60,464 nucleotides of DNA. It comes from a virus (lineage: Duplodnaviria; Caudoviricetes). Each line of letters opens with the position of its first letter. The stretch's first letter is position 1. The notes beneath the pieces were generated by a model. The model was not told where the DNA came from, ran no database searches, and saw nothing but the letters and a program-made list of their open reading frames with translations. Of the stretch, positions 37,736 to 46,706 are shown piece by piece. The position numbers and the translations under genes were made by a program. Location: positions 1 to 60,464 of the IMG/VR virus record IMGVR_UViG_3300037014_000313, one strand, 5' to 3'.

Positions 37736-39142
37736 TCAGCGCTCGTGTAGGAAGGGGCCGTCGACAGGAATGGCGCCGGGAAACTCCGAAAGGTCGGTTT
37801 CTGGATTGGGAACCCAGCGCTTGAACGTCCAGATTTTCGTGGCGTTTCCGAAGAACATCGCCCACCACGAGAAGGTGGAGTTCGACAGCAGCACGCGGTC
37901 GAACCGCCGGAGCATGTCCCAGGACGCCTTCGGCCCCGGGGCGGTGACGATGGGATCGTAGCCCTTGAAGGAGTCGAGGATCCCGGAGTCGATCGCGTCG
38001 GCCACGATGTGAAGCCGGCCGAATTTCTGCGTCTTGAGGATGTCGAGATACCAGGATGGGTGGATGATCCACCGCAAGCCGTTGTAGTCGCTGTCGACGC
38101 GGAGGTTGACGAGAATGTCGCGATGGTTGATCTCGTCTGCGGGCACGGGCTCGGGGATGAAGAATTTTTCAATCCTGTCCCGGCGGTCCCAGTACCACCG
38201 GCTCTGCTGGAAGAATCCCCAGAAGAGGACGCGCTCCTCCCTCGGGGGGGGGAACTTCGGCTGCCCCGGGGCCCAGTTCCTCGCCACCCATTCGCGCGCG
38301 ACCTCGAATCTGCGGCCTCCGCGCCATGGCTCGACCTTGACGATGCCTTCGCCGTCGAAGTAATTCTCCATCGACAGGTCGCGGTCCTCGGCGAAGATCC
38401 GCGCCATCGCGTACTCGAACATGCAGTTGCCGAACCGACCCTCGTACTTAACACCGACGTTGGGCTCGCCCTGAAGTGGGGCGCCGTACTCGGCGTGCCA
38501 GTGGCAGTCGCCACGGACGCCGGCGTCGGCGTACATCCTCGCCACGATCATGCTGTTCCGACGCAGGGAATCATCCACGCCCGTGGCGTAATGCGCGGAG
38601 CAGATGCTGCGGTCGTGAGGGATGTGCCGGAACCGGCGGTTTGAAATCGTGCGCGGACGCAGCAGCTTGCGCTTCGACAGGTACCAGCACATCTCGTCGT
38701 CCTCGTAGCCGTAGCCGTCGAATCCTGAGTAGCCGCGGGGGAGGATCTTCGAAGCCGGCGCGACGAGGATGCCGCCATAGCCTTCGATCCATTCCGATGC
38801 CGTGAAGAATTCGTCCTCGTTCAGCAACGGCGTGATCCAGGACATGAACTCGCCGGGATCGTTGAGAATGACGTCGGCGTCGAGGATGAGGATCCATTTC
38901 CCACGGGCTGCGAGAAGGCCCATGTCCAGCGCGTGCGATTTGTTGAAGACCGGCATCGCGCCGGTGCGGATGCAGACGGCGTCGGGAATGTTCTCGCGGC
39001 ACCACGAGTAGGTGCCATCTGGACAGTCGGCATCCACGATGACGTGCTCGAGGCCGGGGATGCCCTGAAGACGCAGGGCCGTGCGCTTCAGGAATTCGAG
39101 ACGGCCCTTGCACGCCGTGATGACGGACAGGATCGGCGTCAC
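37736..39142 (-). CDS. Bifunctional glycosyltransferase: GT2-like N-terminal domain plus GT11 (alpha-1,2-fucosyltransferase)-like C-terminal domain
   Basis: SVITACKGR, ILDADV, GYGYEDDE; then GRFGNCMFEYA, NLRVDSDY, SNSTFSWWA. Confidence 0.78.
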   Translation of the reverse strand: MTPILSVITACKGRLEFLKRTALRLQGIPGLEHVIVDADCPDGTYSWCRENIPDAVCIRTGAMPVFNKSHALDMGLLAARGKWILILDADVILNDPGEFMSWITPLLNEDEFFTASEWIEGYGGILVAPASKILPRGYSGFDGYGYEDDEMCWYLSKRKLLRPRTISNRRFRHIPHDRSICSAHYATGVDDSLRRNSMIVARMYADAGVRGDCHWHAEYGAPLQGEPNVGVKYEGRFGNCMFEYAMARIFAEDRDLSMENYFDGEGIVKVEPWRGGRRFEVAREWVARNWAPGQPKFPPPREERVLFWGFFQQSRWYWDRRDRIEKFFIPEPVPADEINHRDILVNLRVDSDYNGLRWIIHPSWYLDILKTQKFGRLHIVADAIDSGILDSFKGYDPIVTAPGPKASWDMLRRFDRVLLSNSTFSWWAMFFGNATKIWTFKRWVPNPETDLSEFPGAIPVDGPFLHER

Positions 39143-40284
39143 GGCATCGGATCCTTCGGCGGCGGAATCGGCGCCACGGGGAAGACGAACGGCGCCTTCA
39201 GCGAATTCTGCGTCGGCTGGGAGTCCTCATTGTGCACGGGGAACTCGGGGTCCGGAGGCGTCAGGTCGGGGTGCTCCCCGGGTTGGAACTCGACACGGCG
39301 CCCTTCCTTCTGGGGCATCCTGTCGCTCACCAGGCTCGCCATCTCCGCAAGCCCCATCATCTTCGCGCGCTCGATGTCCTCCTCCATCTCCTCGAGGTCG
39401 TCGGGAGTCGTGATGGAGCTGCCGCCGTCGCCCTTGTTCAGGCCGCTGATGATCGCGTGCAGCCGGTGCGCGATGATCTTCGAGTCCAGGGCCTTGATCT
39501 GCACGCGCGCGATCGCACTCAAAGCACGGGCCTTGCCGATCGGGATCCAGTTCTTGTAGACGGCAAAGTTGACACGGCTCAGGAAGTCCATCACGTCCTG
39601 CGCGTTCTTGAAGAAAAAATTCTCCTTCGACAGGTCCTGGAACTGGCTGACCTCCTCGTCCATGATCTTGCGCGCCTTGTTCTCCTCGCGCTTGTCCACC
39701 CAAAACTGGACGTGCTCGCGACAGAATGGCGCCGTCCCGCTCCACCTCTCCTTGATGCACACCTCCCGCTTCTCCACGGGATCAATGTGCTTGCACTTCC
39801 CCCACCCCAAATCAGGACGCTGGTACGCGAGGACGTCGTCGCCGCCGGCGTTCTTCATCACCGCGCCAGCCACCAGGGTGGCTTCGGCAGTCTGTCCTCC
39901 ACTCCCGACATCCCTCACCTTCGGCGGACGGCCGCGCTTCTTCTTGATCTCGCCTTCCTTCGAAGGCTCAACGCCAGCACGCTCCTGGTTCATCGCAACC
40001 TCCATCTCCCTCACGGCGGCGTCAAGCGAACGATGCGGAATCGGACTCGCCTCCGAAGGAATCCTGTCCTTGTCGATCTTGCCGCCGGCGTACATGTTCA
40101 TGCGCATACGGCCACGCACCTTGCCGGCGGTCTCAAGCTCCCCTGTCCCCGCCACCAGGCCGTCTTTGCGCGTCGTGCCGTGAATCTGCGGCGGACTGCA
40201 TGTGAAACAATACATCCGCCCACGCGATGCGCATCGGAACTCGTTCCCACAGGCGGGACAGTTGCGGCGCAGGGGACGGCTCAT
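39139..40284 (-). CDS. Hypothetical protein, possibly terminase small subunit
   Basis: N-terminal CPAC..YC..C finger, KKRGRPPK AT-hook-like motif, helical C-terminal domain; near the start of the late operon. Confidence 0.4.
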   Translation of the reverse strand: MSRPLRRNCPACGNEFRCASRGRMYCFTCSPPQIHGTTRKDGLVAGTGELETAGKVRGRMRMNMYAGGKIDKDRIPSEASPIPHRSLDAAVREMEVAMNQERAGVEPSKEGEIKKKRGRPPKVRDVGSGGQTAEATLVAGAVMKNAGGDDVLAYQRPDLGWGKCKHIDPVEKREVCIKERWSGTAPFCREHVQFWVDKREENKARKIMDEEVSQFQDLSKENFFFKNAQDVMDFLSRVNFAVYKNWIPIGKARALSAIARVQIKALDSKIIAHRLHAIISGLNKGDGGSSITTPDDLEEMEEDIERAKMMGLAEMASLVSDRMPQKEGRRVEFQPGEHPDLTPPDPEFPVHNEDSQPTQNSLKAPFVFPVAPIPPPKDPMP

Positions 40285-40339
40285 GTCAGACTCTCCACGG
40301 ATTCCGATCCCCGACACGGGAGATCAGATGCCCACGGCA

Positions 40340-40711
40340 TCACTTCTTCGCGGCCTTGGGCGCGGGAAATGGCAGAGTCGGCTTCGGGTCGGCCTCGGAC
40401 TCGATGTACTTCACCTGGCCGGCGTCGCTGACCTCGTAGGCCCGGCGGATGTCAATGCCACAGCTGCGGGCGAAACGCAAAAGCTCAAGCTCGTGCTTCT
40501 TCGCGTCCTCGATCGCGGCTTCCGCCGCTGCCTCGGTTTGCTGCGCACGGTAGAAAAATGCACGCTTCTTCCACATCAGCGATTCCAGACGCAGACGCTG
40601 CAGCTCGTCCAGCTTCGGAGGCGCGGTGGGCTCGGGCTCGAGGGTGTCGGGCTTCGGGGGCACGGTGACGTCGGGCTTCGAAGTTTCGGTGTCGGCGACT
40701 TCGTCGGACAT
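40340..40711 (-). CDS. Hypothetical protein (first gene of the late arm)
   Basis: AAGGAG RBS before MSDEVADTET. Confidence 0.65.
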   Translation of the reverse strand: MSDEVADTETSKPDVTVPPKPDTLEPEPTAPPKLDELQRLRLESLMWKKRAFFYRAQQTEAAAEAAIEDAKKHELELLRFARSCGIDIRRAYEVSDAGQVKYIESEADPKPTLPFPAPKAAKK

Positions 40712-41210
40712 GAGGATCTCCTTCCAAAGATTCCTGCGATGGGCTCCTGGTCGAAGTGTAGGTCGCTTGATGGCTGATGTCAAGCGCTGATGCTGAGATT
40801 TTCGACGTGACAGAATAGGTCACATAGAAGAAGGGGTTTCAAAGTGGCGGCTAGGCCCTTGGAGAATTCACCAGAAAAAGCCCGCGAGAAGGGTTTTTGG
40901 GGAGTGGACCGTGGAGTCAAAATTTTCCCAGACCCTTCCTGAAGGGCATTATTCTTTGTGATCCTGTGATGAAACTGCGCAGAGAGACTTTGATTTTCCG
41001 GGGGACGGGATTTGATTTTTCTGGGCGGGGAATGAGTTTGAACTACCCCCCCCTGGCAGACCCCCTATCTGCGGGAATATGGGGAGAATTCAGCTGCGGG
41101 CAATGGGTAAATCGGAATTTGACGTATACAAAGCGTGGATATGGCAGTTCTTTAGAAAGGAGCTCGAAAAGAATGGCGTACTAAACGACACAGAAAAATA
41201 GGTGTATATG
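40712..41210. promoter_or_regulatory. Divergent control region between the late and early arms
   Basis: More AT-rich, with homopolymer tracts and no convincing ORF; gene arms diverge from here. Confidence 0.6.
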
Positions 41211-41215
41211 GATCA

Positions 41216-41560
41216 GATACTTCGAAATGCGAGGTATCCGCGACAACGGAGAATCCTGTAGCCCGGGACATACGGTGTGGATTGATGTCCGCCGCGCTCC
41301 CAAAGAGGCTCGGGACCAGATGCTCGCTAGTTCAGGAAGCCTGGGTCAGTAGGCTGGGACAAGGTTCTCTCCGGACGCGGCGGACGGGGAATTAAAGTAC
41401 TCCGTCTAGAGGATGACGTCGATCATCTGAGCAAAGGTGATGACGGGCATAGTACGGACTGAACCGTGGTCCGACTGAACCTTGGGAAGTGTTCTTCCTT
41501 GAAAAGTGGCGCGTCGAATCATAATAGAGGATTCGATGAAACGTCACATTCAAGGAAACA
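41216..41560 (+). ncRNA. Candidate large structured leader or ncRNA
   Basis: At least eight complementary segments, several with G-U pairs on the + strand (see findings). Confidence 0.5.
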
Positions 41561-41564
41561 AAAC

Positions 41565-42023
41565 ATGACCGAAACCAAAACCGCTCAACCCACGGCGCGT
41601 TACACGGCTGACGAACTCAAGAAGCTGGCCAACAGCACACCATTCGAGAAATGGGCGGATGTCTTCAACAAGACAGAGGCGGCCATGCTTCGCGGGATCA
41701 TGAAGGCAACGGGATTCCTGCCGACCGCCGAGTACTCCCCCAAGCCGATGGATGGGCTGATCCTGAAGCTGAAGGTCGATGCGTCCGATGACGCCAAGAA
41801 GCTGCTCGCCGCCATCGAAACGGTGGTGCAGCTCGGCACGTCCCATGTCAAGGAAGGGTTCGTGTTCGATCTCCGCTTCGACAACAAGAGGAAGGGATAC
41901 TGCAAGGTAACGGCGCAGCAGCGCAAGGTCATTCAGTCGGACGGCGAGCTGAAGACGGTCCTGGTGATCGGCTTCAACGAGTGGAAGGGTCTGCCCACGC
42001 TGGACCTGAACAAGTCCTTCTGA
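41565..42023 (+). CDS. Hypothetical protein (first early gene)
   Basis: AAGGA RBS; MTETKTAQ. Confidence 0.75.
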   Translation: MTETKTAQPTARYTADELKKLANSTPFEKWADVFNKTEAAMLRGIMKATGFLPTAEYSPKPMDGLILKLKVDASDDAKKLLAAIETVVQLGTSHVKEGFVFDLRFDNKRKGYCKVTAQQRKVIQSDGELKTVLVIGFNEWKGLPTLDLNKSF

Positions 42024-42107
42024 GGATCCAGGTCCCAATCCTGTCGGATACGTAGATGCGACCACTTTTCAATGAAGAACATTTCCTCTTTTTTAAGGAG
42101 CTGGCGC

Positions 42108-42386
42108 ATGGGCGTTTCCATGAAGGCCAAGTTCCTGTACCTGGACAGCGTTCTGGCATTCCGTGAGCATCAGGCTGACGTGATGTCCAATCTGGACGCT
42201 GAAGCGGTCAGGAATGCGGCGGCGGTGCTTCTGAAGGCGAGTCGGGACATCTCCCTCAAGATGGGGGAGGACATCAGCATCGTGGTGACGGCGACGGGGG
42301 GGCATAAGCACGTTGACTTCCGCAATGCCACAGTGGGGGTCCACAACCATCTTGGGGGCGTGATTCATTCCGAGACCATCCGTTAG
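42108..42386 (+). CDS. Hypothetical protein
   Basis: TTTTAAGGAG RBS. Confidence 0.7.
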   Translation: MGVSMKAKFLYLDSVLAFREHQADVMSNLDAEAVRNAAAVLLKASRDISLKMGEDISIVVTATGGHKHVDFRNATVGVHNHLGGVIHSETIR

Positions 42387-42451
42387 GCAGTCACCCGGCC
42401 CACGGTCGTGGGCCTGGATGATTCCCTCCGGACTTTGAAAGGAGATGCGTC

Positions 42452-42589
42452 ATGTACAACCTCTGGATCGTTCTTCCATGCGGATGCATCCGCAACGTGT
42501 GGACAAAGGGCCGTCTTCTCGGCGATCTGTGCGTCAGTCTTCCGCATTCATTTTCCGCCACTGGTTTAGTCGCGACCCATTACCATTAA
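42452..42589 (+). CDS. 45-aa micro-protein, MYNLWI family (not in the ORF track)
   Basis: AAGGAG RBS; MYNLWIVLPCGCIRNVWTKG... Confidence 0.6.
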   Translation: MYNLWIVLPCGCIRNVWTKGRLLGDLCVSLPHSFSATGLVATHYH

Positions 42590-42676
42590 CAACCATTCCT
42601 TCAGGCAATCCCCCGGCCCACGTCCTGGCGATCACATCTTCGTGGGCCGTGATGACTGCTTTTAAGGAGATGGGAG

Positions 42677-42793
42677 ATGTACAACCTCTGGATCAGGCTG
42701 TCCTGTGGGTGCTCCAAGAACCTGTGGACCAGGGAGTATCAGATCTGCCGCATGTGTATGCCGTTTCCGATCATGCGCTATCCAATCTGGTGA
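42677..42793 (+). CDS. 38-aa micro-protein, MYNLWI family (not in the ORF track)
   Basis: TAAGGAG RBS; MYNLWIRLSCGCSKNLWTREYQICRMC... Confidence 0.6.
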   Translation: MYNLWIRLSCGCSKNLWTREYQICRMCMPFPIMRYPIW

Positions 42794-42875
42794 AGAATTT
42801 CCAATCGGGCGGCGAGCACCGAATGTTTCATCACCGGCCGCCGCCCCATTGGTGATTCTTTTAAGGAGATGGATC

Positions 42876-43259
42876 ATGTCCTGGACAGAGTTTCACGACA
42901 TGTCGAGCGGTGGCGGCTCGAAGGAGCCGTGGCGCCACATCGCCATCGAGGCCGTGGAGTCCGAGGCACGGCTGGTGTTCTGGCACAAGTTCGGACACAA
43001 CCCCGACCGTGTGACCTGCACCTGCTGTGGCCCCGACTACTCCGTGATGGAGTCCAATACTCTGGAGGACGTCACGGCGTATGAGCGCAAGTGCGAGTGG
43101 GACAACGACGCACAGGAGTGGGTGGAGAATCAGGACTCCATGCGGCTTGAGGAGTTCCTCTCGAAAGCCAAGGACTGGCTGGTCATCCGTGCGGTAGATA
43201 TCAAGCCCGAGGAGAGGGAAGGGGAAGTGCCCGTCCAAGGCTACGTCTGGCACGAGTAG
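42876..43259 (+). CDS. Hypothetical protein
   Basis: TTTTAAGGAG RBS; FHDMSSGG, CTCCGPDY. Confidence 0.75.
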   Translation: MSWTEFHDMSSGGGSKEPWRHIAIEAVESEARLVFWHKFGHNPDRVTCTCCGPDYSVMESNTLEDVTAYERKCEWDNDAQEWVENQDSMRLEEFLSKAKDWLVIRAVDIKPEEREGEVPVQGYVWHE

Positions 43260-43281
43260 AAACTTTTTAAGGAGATGGATC

Positions 43282-43434
43282 ATGGCATGGCAAGTGAAGC
43301 GTGTGGTGTGTCCGGGGTGCAAGGGCATCAACTTCCTGAACATCAGGGACCCCAAGAATCCCGGCGTCATCGGGTCCAGGTTCTGTGCCGACTGCAAGCA
43401 CCAGTGGTCGGTGAAGCTGGTTCCGGCGAAGTGA
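43282..43434 (+). CDS. 50-aa zinc-ribbon micro-protein (not in the ORF track)
   Basis: TTTTAAGGAG RBS; CPGC...CADCKHQW. Confidence 0.65.
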   Translation: MAWQVKRVVCPGCKGINFLNIRDPKNPGVIGSRFCADCKHQWSVKLVPAK

Positions 43435-43500
43435 AAGCAATCTGCCATGTCCACACAGGCGTGGGCATGGATGACTGCTTTTATGAAAGGAGGCTGACTC

Positions 43501-43656
43501 ATGGGAACGTGGTGGATCATCGTACTGCGGCCATTCAATCCTCCTCATCTTGAGGGGCCGTGGTCTACTCCGGCCAAGGCGCGTGAGGCCAAGGCGACTG
43601 CGAAGAAGATCATCAAGGGCGCCAGCTTCATCATCGTGAGGTCCATTCCGGGATGA
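43501..43656 (+). CDS. 51-aa micro-protein (not in the ORF track)
   Basis: AAGGAGG RBS; MGTWWIIVLRP...EGPWST. Confidence 0.6.
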   Translation: MGTWWIIVLRPFNPPHLEGPWSTPAKAREAKATAKKIIKGASFIIVRSIPG

Positions 43657-43740
43657 CTTCCTTGAGTAGAAACATTCCGGCTGCGGGCGTTCCGCGGCCG
43701 CATTCGTTTCCGTTTCATTTCCACACAGGAGGGCTGACCC

Positions 43741-43971
43741 ATGGCAGGCACACGGGAGGACACCGTCATCAAGGCATTCCCGCCGATCGGGAAGTATCGC
43801 ATCCGGCTGTTGCAGGATGCGAAAGGGAACGAGGCGCTGGACATCCGCGAGTACATCGAGGCCGACAGCTTCGAAGGGTTCACGCGCCGCGGCATCCGGC
43901 TGGACCTGGAGCAGTCGGCGTTCCTGGCCGCCATCCTGAAGGATGTCTGCGCGACCGAGGTGCGGCGATGA
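43741..43971 (+). CDS. PC4-like ssDNA-binding protein
   Basis: G..ALDIREY......TRRGIRL signature. Confidence 0.75.
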   Translation: MAGTREDTVIKAFPPIGKYRIRLLQDAKGNEALDIREYIEADSFEGFTRRGIRLDLEQSAFLAAILKDVCATEVRR

Positions 43972-44174
43972 CGGCGGCGGTTCAGGCGCCGGCACAGACA
44001 CGAGGCTATGCAAAGGTGGAGTGGGATGCTGAGGACGTGATGGGCCTCAATCCTGGGATGACGGCTGCCGAGGCGGGGGCATTCATGGCATCCATCGAAG
44101 GCGACCTCATCGACGTCATGATCGAGGCCGGATGGGACCGCATCCACGCCGGGTTGGAGAAGCTCAAGGCCTGA
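43968..44174 (+). CDS. Hypothetical protein
   Basis: ATGA coupling; VEWDAEDV. Confidence 0.65.
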   Translation: MTAAVQAPAQTRGYAKVEWDAEDVMGLNPGMTAAEAGAFMASIEGDLIDVMIEAGWDRIHAGLEKLKA

Positions 44175-44337
44175 GTGGATCCTGCCGCCTGACTCCGCTT
44201 GGAGTCAGGCCCAGGACACACCCTGCCGATGCGTTTGCAAAAAGGATCTTAGAACTCCGGCGTCATCGGCATCAGCCGAAAACGTGCAGCGACTTTGCGC
44301 TAGAATCCTACACCGCTTGGCCAGCCCAGCGTCAAGT

Positions 44338-44556
44338 TTGCGCAGAGTCGTAACGCGGTTGCGCAATCTCATCACAGAATTACTTGAGAAAATGGCAGTC
44401 AACTTGCGAAATGGGATGAGAATTTTTTCGGCTCCGGTTTCGACCAGACTTTTTTCTGGAGCCAAGTATGAGTTCGTCTTGCTCCGGCATTCTCTCAAGT
44501 AATCTTGTTACGGCTCCGCGCAAAGCCGCTGCAATCTCTGCACAACCCTGCGCAAA
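44338..44556. repeat. Long imperfect palindromic element, copy B
   Basis: TTGCGCAGAGTCGTAAC/GTTACGGCTCCGCGCAA and ATTACTTGAGAAAATG/CATTCTCTCAAGTAAT; colinear with 5440-5632. Confidence 0.85.
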
Positions 44557-44684
44557 GTATCCGCATTGTTCAAACGCTGTAAAACTTTTGTGTACGTTTC
44601 GGGGATGAGGGGGTCGTCGGCTCCATGCAAGTTCAAACAGAGTTCAGTTTCGGTTTTAACCACCTATCTTTTAAGGAGATGCGA

Positions 44685-45212
44685 ATGCCCAAGTGCAAGT
44701 GCGGGATCGAACCCGCGCCATTCAGGAAGTACATTGGCGACCTCAAGTTCGAGGACCAGTGCGCTTTCTGCTACGCCAGGGTCTGCGCCACGGATGAGCT
44801 GACTCGTCAGGACGAAGTCAGAAGAAGCACGGTCGATGCCATCGCCGTGATGGAGGAGGCCATCGCGCGGATGCGTGTGGCCAACGTCATTCCCGATCAG
44901 GTCTTGATGGCGACGTGGGACGTCAACATCATCATGAGGGATCACACCAAGGCGCTGAAGTTGACGGGGATCCTGGGTGGTCTCCTGCTGGAGCAGAACT
45001 CGTGGGACAGGCGCCAGCAGTCCGACTGCTCCCCGGACATGACCTACAGAGGCAGGGCCGCCGGAACGGACGCCACCGACATCAAGATCATGGGCGTGCC
45101 GCCGCCGGACACCTGCAGGGTGGAGGTGGAGGAGGTGGAGATCCCAGCGCACAAGCAGAAGAAGTTCAAGGTCGTGTGCGGTGACACCAAGAAGGAGGCG
45201 GCCCATGCGTGA
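44685..45212 (+). CDS. Hypothetical protein with an N-terminal Cys cluster
   Basis: TTTTAAGGAG RBS; MPKCKCG...CAFC. Confidence 0.7.
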   Translation: MPKCKCGIEPAPFRKYIGDLKFEDQCAFCYARVCATDELTRQDEVRRSTVDAIAVMEEAIARMRVANVIPDQVLMATWDVNIIMRDHTKALKLTGILGGLLLEQNSWDRRQQSDCSPDMTYRGRAAGTDATDIKIMGVPPPDTCRVEVEEVEIPAHKQKKFKVVCGDTKKEAAHA

Positions 45213-45540
45213 CTACCTGACCATCGGCTGCAGCCCCGCGGATGAGCCCTGTGTCCAAGTGGGCGAGGACAACTACACGTCCCGCGCCCGCGCGGAATGC
45301 CGCCGCTTCGCTGAGCTCATCCAGAAGAAGTTCGGTCCGCCGCCCGGCATGGCCGCGATCATCATCAAGAGCTTCCCGCACGACTTCGGGTCGTACCTGG
45401 AGGTGTGCATCAGCTACGACGACGACGACATCGAGGGCGTGGAGTACGCCTACGCCGTGGAAGCGCACGCGCCCCAGACGTGGGCGGATGAAACGCCCTT
45501 CGACTGGCGCGCGGCCAAGAAGGAGACCGCCGATGCGTGA
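45205..45540 (+). CDS. Phage hypothetical protein
   Basis: AGGAGG RBS; EPCVQVG...PHDFGSYLEV. Confidence 0.75.
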   Translation: MRDYLTIGCSPADEPCVQVGEDNYTSRARAECRRFAELIQKKFGPPPGMAAIIIKSFPHDFGSYLEVCISYDDDDIEGVEYAYAVEAHAPQTWADETPFDWRAAKKETADA

Positions 45541-45730
45541 CCACCACGAGGTCCTGGATCAGACGCAGATGTACGTGGACGGGCTGGGCTTCGAGTACAC
45601 CGCCCGCATCCGCATCGACATGCAGCGCCTGAAGCGGCGGCTGTTCAGCCGCGCGCTGTCGAACCGGACCCACAAGGCACGCCAGCTCCGCGGCATCATC
45701 GAGGTGGGCATCAAGCCCAAAGACGCATGA
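45533..45730 (+). CDS. Hypothetical protein
   Basis: AAGGAG RBS; coupled. Confidence 0.6.
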   Translation: MRDHHEVLDQTQMYVDGLGFEYTARIRIDMQRLKRRLFSRALSNRTHKARQLRGIIEVGIKPKDA

Positions 45731-45897
45731 GGCAGAAGCCGCACGAGCCGTGGCCGCGCCTTGAGCGAGACCTCGACGACAGCACGCTCGTGGAACGCAC
45801 GCGCGCCGAGATCGACTTCCTGCTGACCCAGCGCCGATACGTGGAGGCCGAGGTGCTGGACGTCCTCCTCGACAACTGGCTGGCGGCTTGCATCTGA
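45727..45897 (+). CDS. Hypothetical micro-protein (not in the ORF track)
   Basis: ATGA coupling; MRQKPHEPWP. Confidence 0.5.
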   Translation: MRQKPHEPWPRLERDLDDSTLVERTRAEIDFLLTQRRYVEAEVLDVLLDNWLAACI

Positions 45898-45993
45898 CAT
45901 GACCTCTCTCTCCGGATGGCGCTGTGCCCTCTGGACCCGGCCCCTGCAGGCGTGGGGGCCGGGACTATAGGACATCACGAAAGGAGATGGCAA

Positions 45994-46206
45994 ATGCTTG
46001 AGAAAACGGGATACGTGGCAGTCAGGAATCTGCCGGACGAAGGCAGGAACAGGGAGTGGCTGGACATGACGACGTTCTCCCAAATCATCTCGATCACCAG
46101 AGTCAAGGCCGATTCAGCCGACTTCGCCTGTGACCCGCTATGGGTCGATGACAATCGCGTCATCAGGATTGCCCGTGTGAAGATCGTGGAGGTGCCCGCG
46201 CCATGA
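45994..46206 (+). CDS. Hypothetical protein
   Basis: AAGGAG RBS; MLEKTGYV. Confidence 0.65.
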   Translation: MLEKTGYVAVRNLPDEGRNREWLDMTTFSQIISITRVKADSADFACDPLWVDDNRVIRIARVKIVEVPAP

Positions 46207-46706
46207 CCGACTACGACAAGATCGTGCGGGACATCCGCGGCTTCCTGCCGCAGGATCCGCCGCACTCAGGACGGTTCGACATCATGGAGCTGCCGCGCCG
46301 TGAGTTCTACCCGCGCGCGGCGATGTACGGCGCCGAGTTTTCACGCGCCTACTACCATCCCACGTATCGGGAGGCGGCATTCCAGAAGCCGGTGGAGCCC
46401 GAAACGGTGGTCCACGAGCTCACGCACGCGGTGATGGACGTGGACTGGGCGATCTACAGGCCGGAGTGGTTCTGCGAAGGCTTCGCGGAGATGATGGTCC
46501 ACGTCCTCTGTCGCGGCCGCTTCCCGCGTCACGTCCGCAAGCCACCGGCTGTCGTGGGAGCGCCGCGCGCGCTGCTCTACGGCATGGACTTCGAGACGAA
46601 CTACCACGCGCTGGCCGGCCACGTGGCCTGGCTGGCTTGGAATGAGGGCATGCGCCCTCTTCTACAAAGGTTCTCGGCTGCGAAAGGAGGTCTCGGTGGG
46701 AGATGA
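46203..46706 (+). CDS. Zincin-like metallopeptidase
   Basis: VHELTH (HExxH) and downstream WFCEGFAE. Confidence 0.7.
   Translation: MTDYDKIVRDIRGFLPQDPPHSGRFDIMELPRREFYPRAAMYGAEFSRAYYHPTYREAAFQKPVEPETVVHELTHAVMDVDWAIYRPEWFCEGFAEMMVHVLCRGRFPRHVRKPPAVVGAPRALLYGMDFETNYHALAGHVAWLAWNEGMRPLLQRFSAAKGGLGGR

Noticed and set aside
41119-41146. Sigma70 promoter starting at TTGACG
   Set aside because: No acceptable -10 box at 16-18 bp spacing.
40897-41184. 95-aa ORF in the divergent region
   Set aside because: TTG start, no RBS, and atypical composition with homopolymer tracts.
41216-41560. tmRNA, RNase P, tRNA or hammerhead ribozyme
   Set aside because: Their conserved core sequences were not found, so the region is kept only as an unclassified structured RNA candidate.
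42024-43500. CRISPR or mini-array suggested by recurring TTTTAAGGAGATG
   Set aside because: The repeats are short and irregularly spaced, and they are RBSs preceding ORFs.
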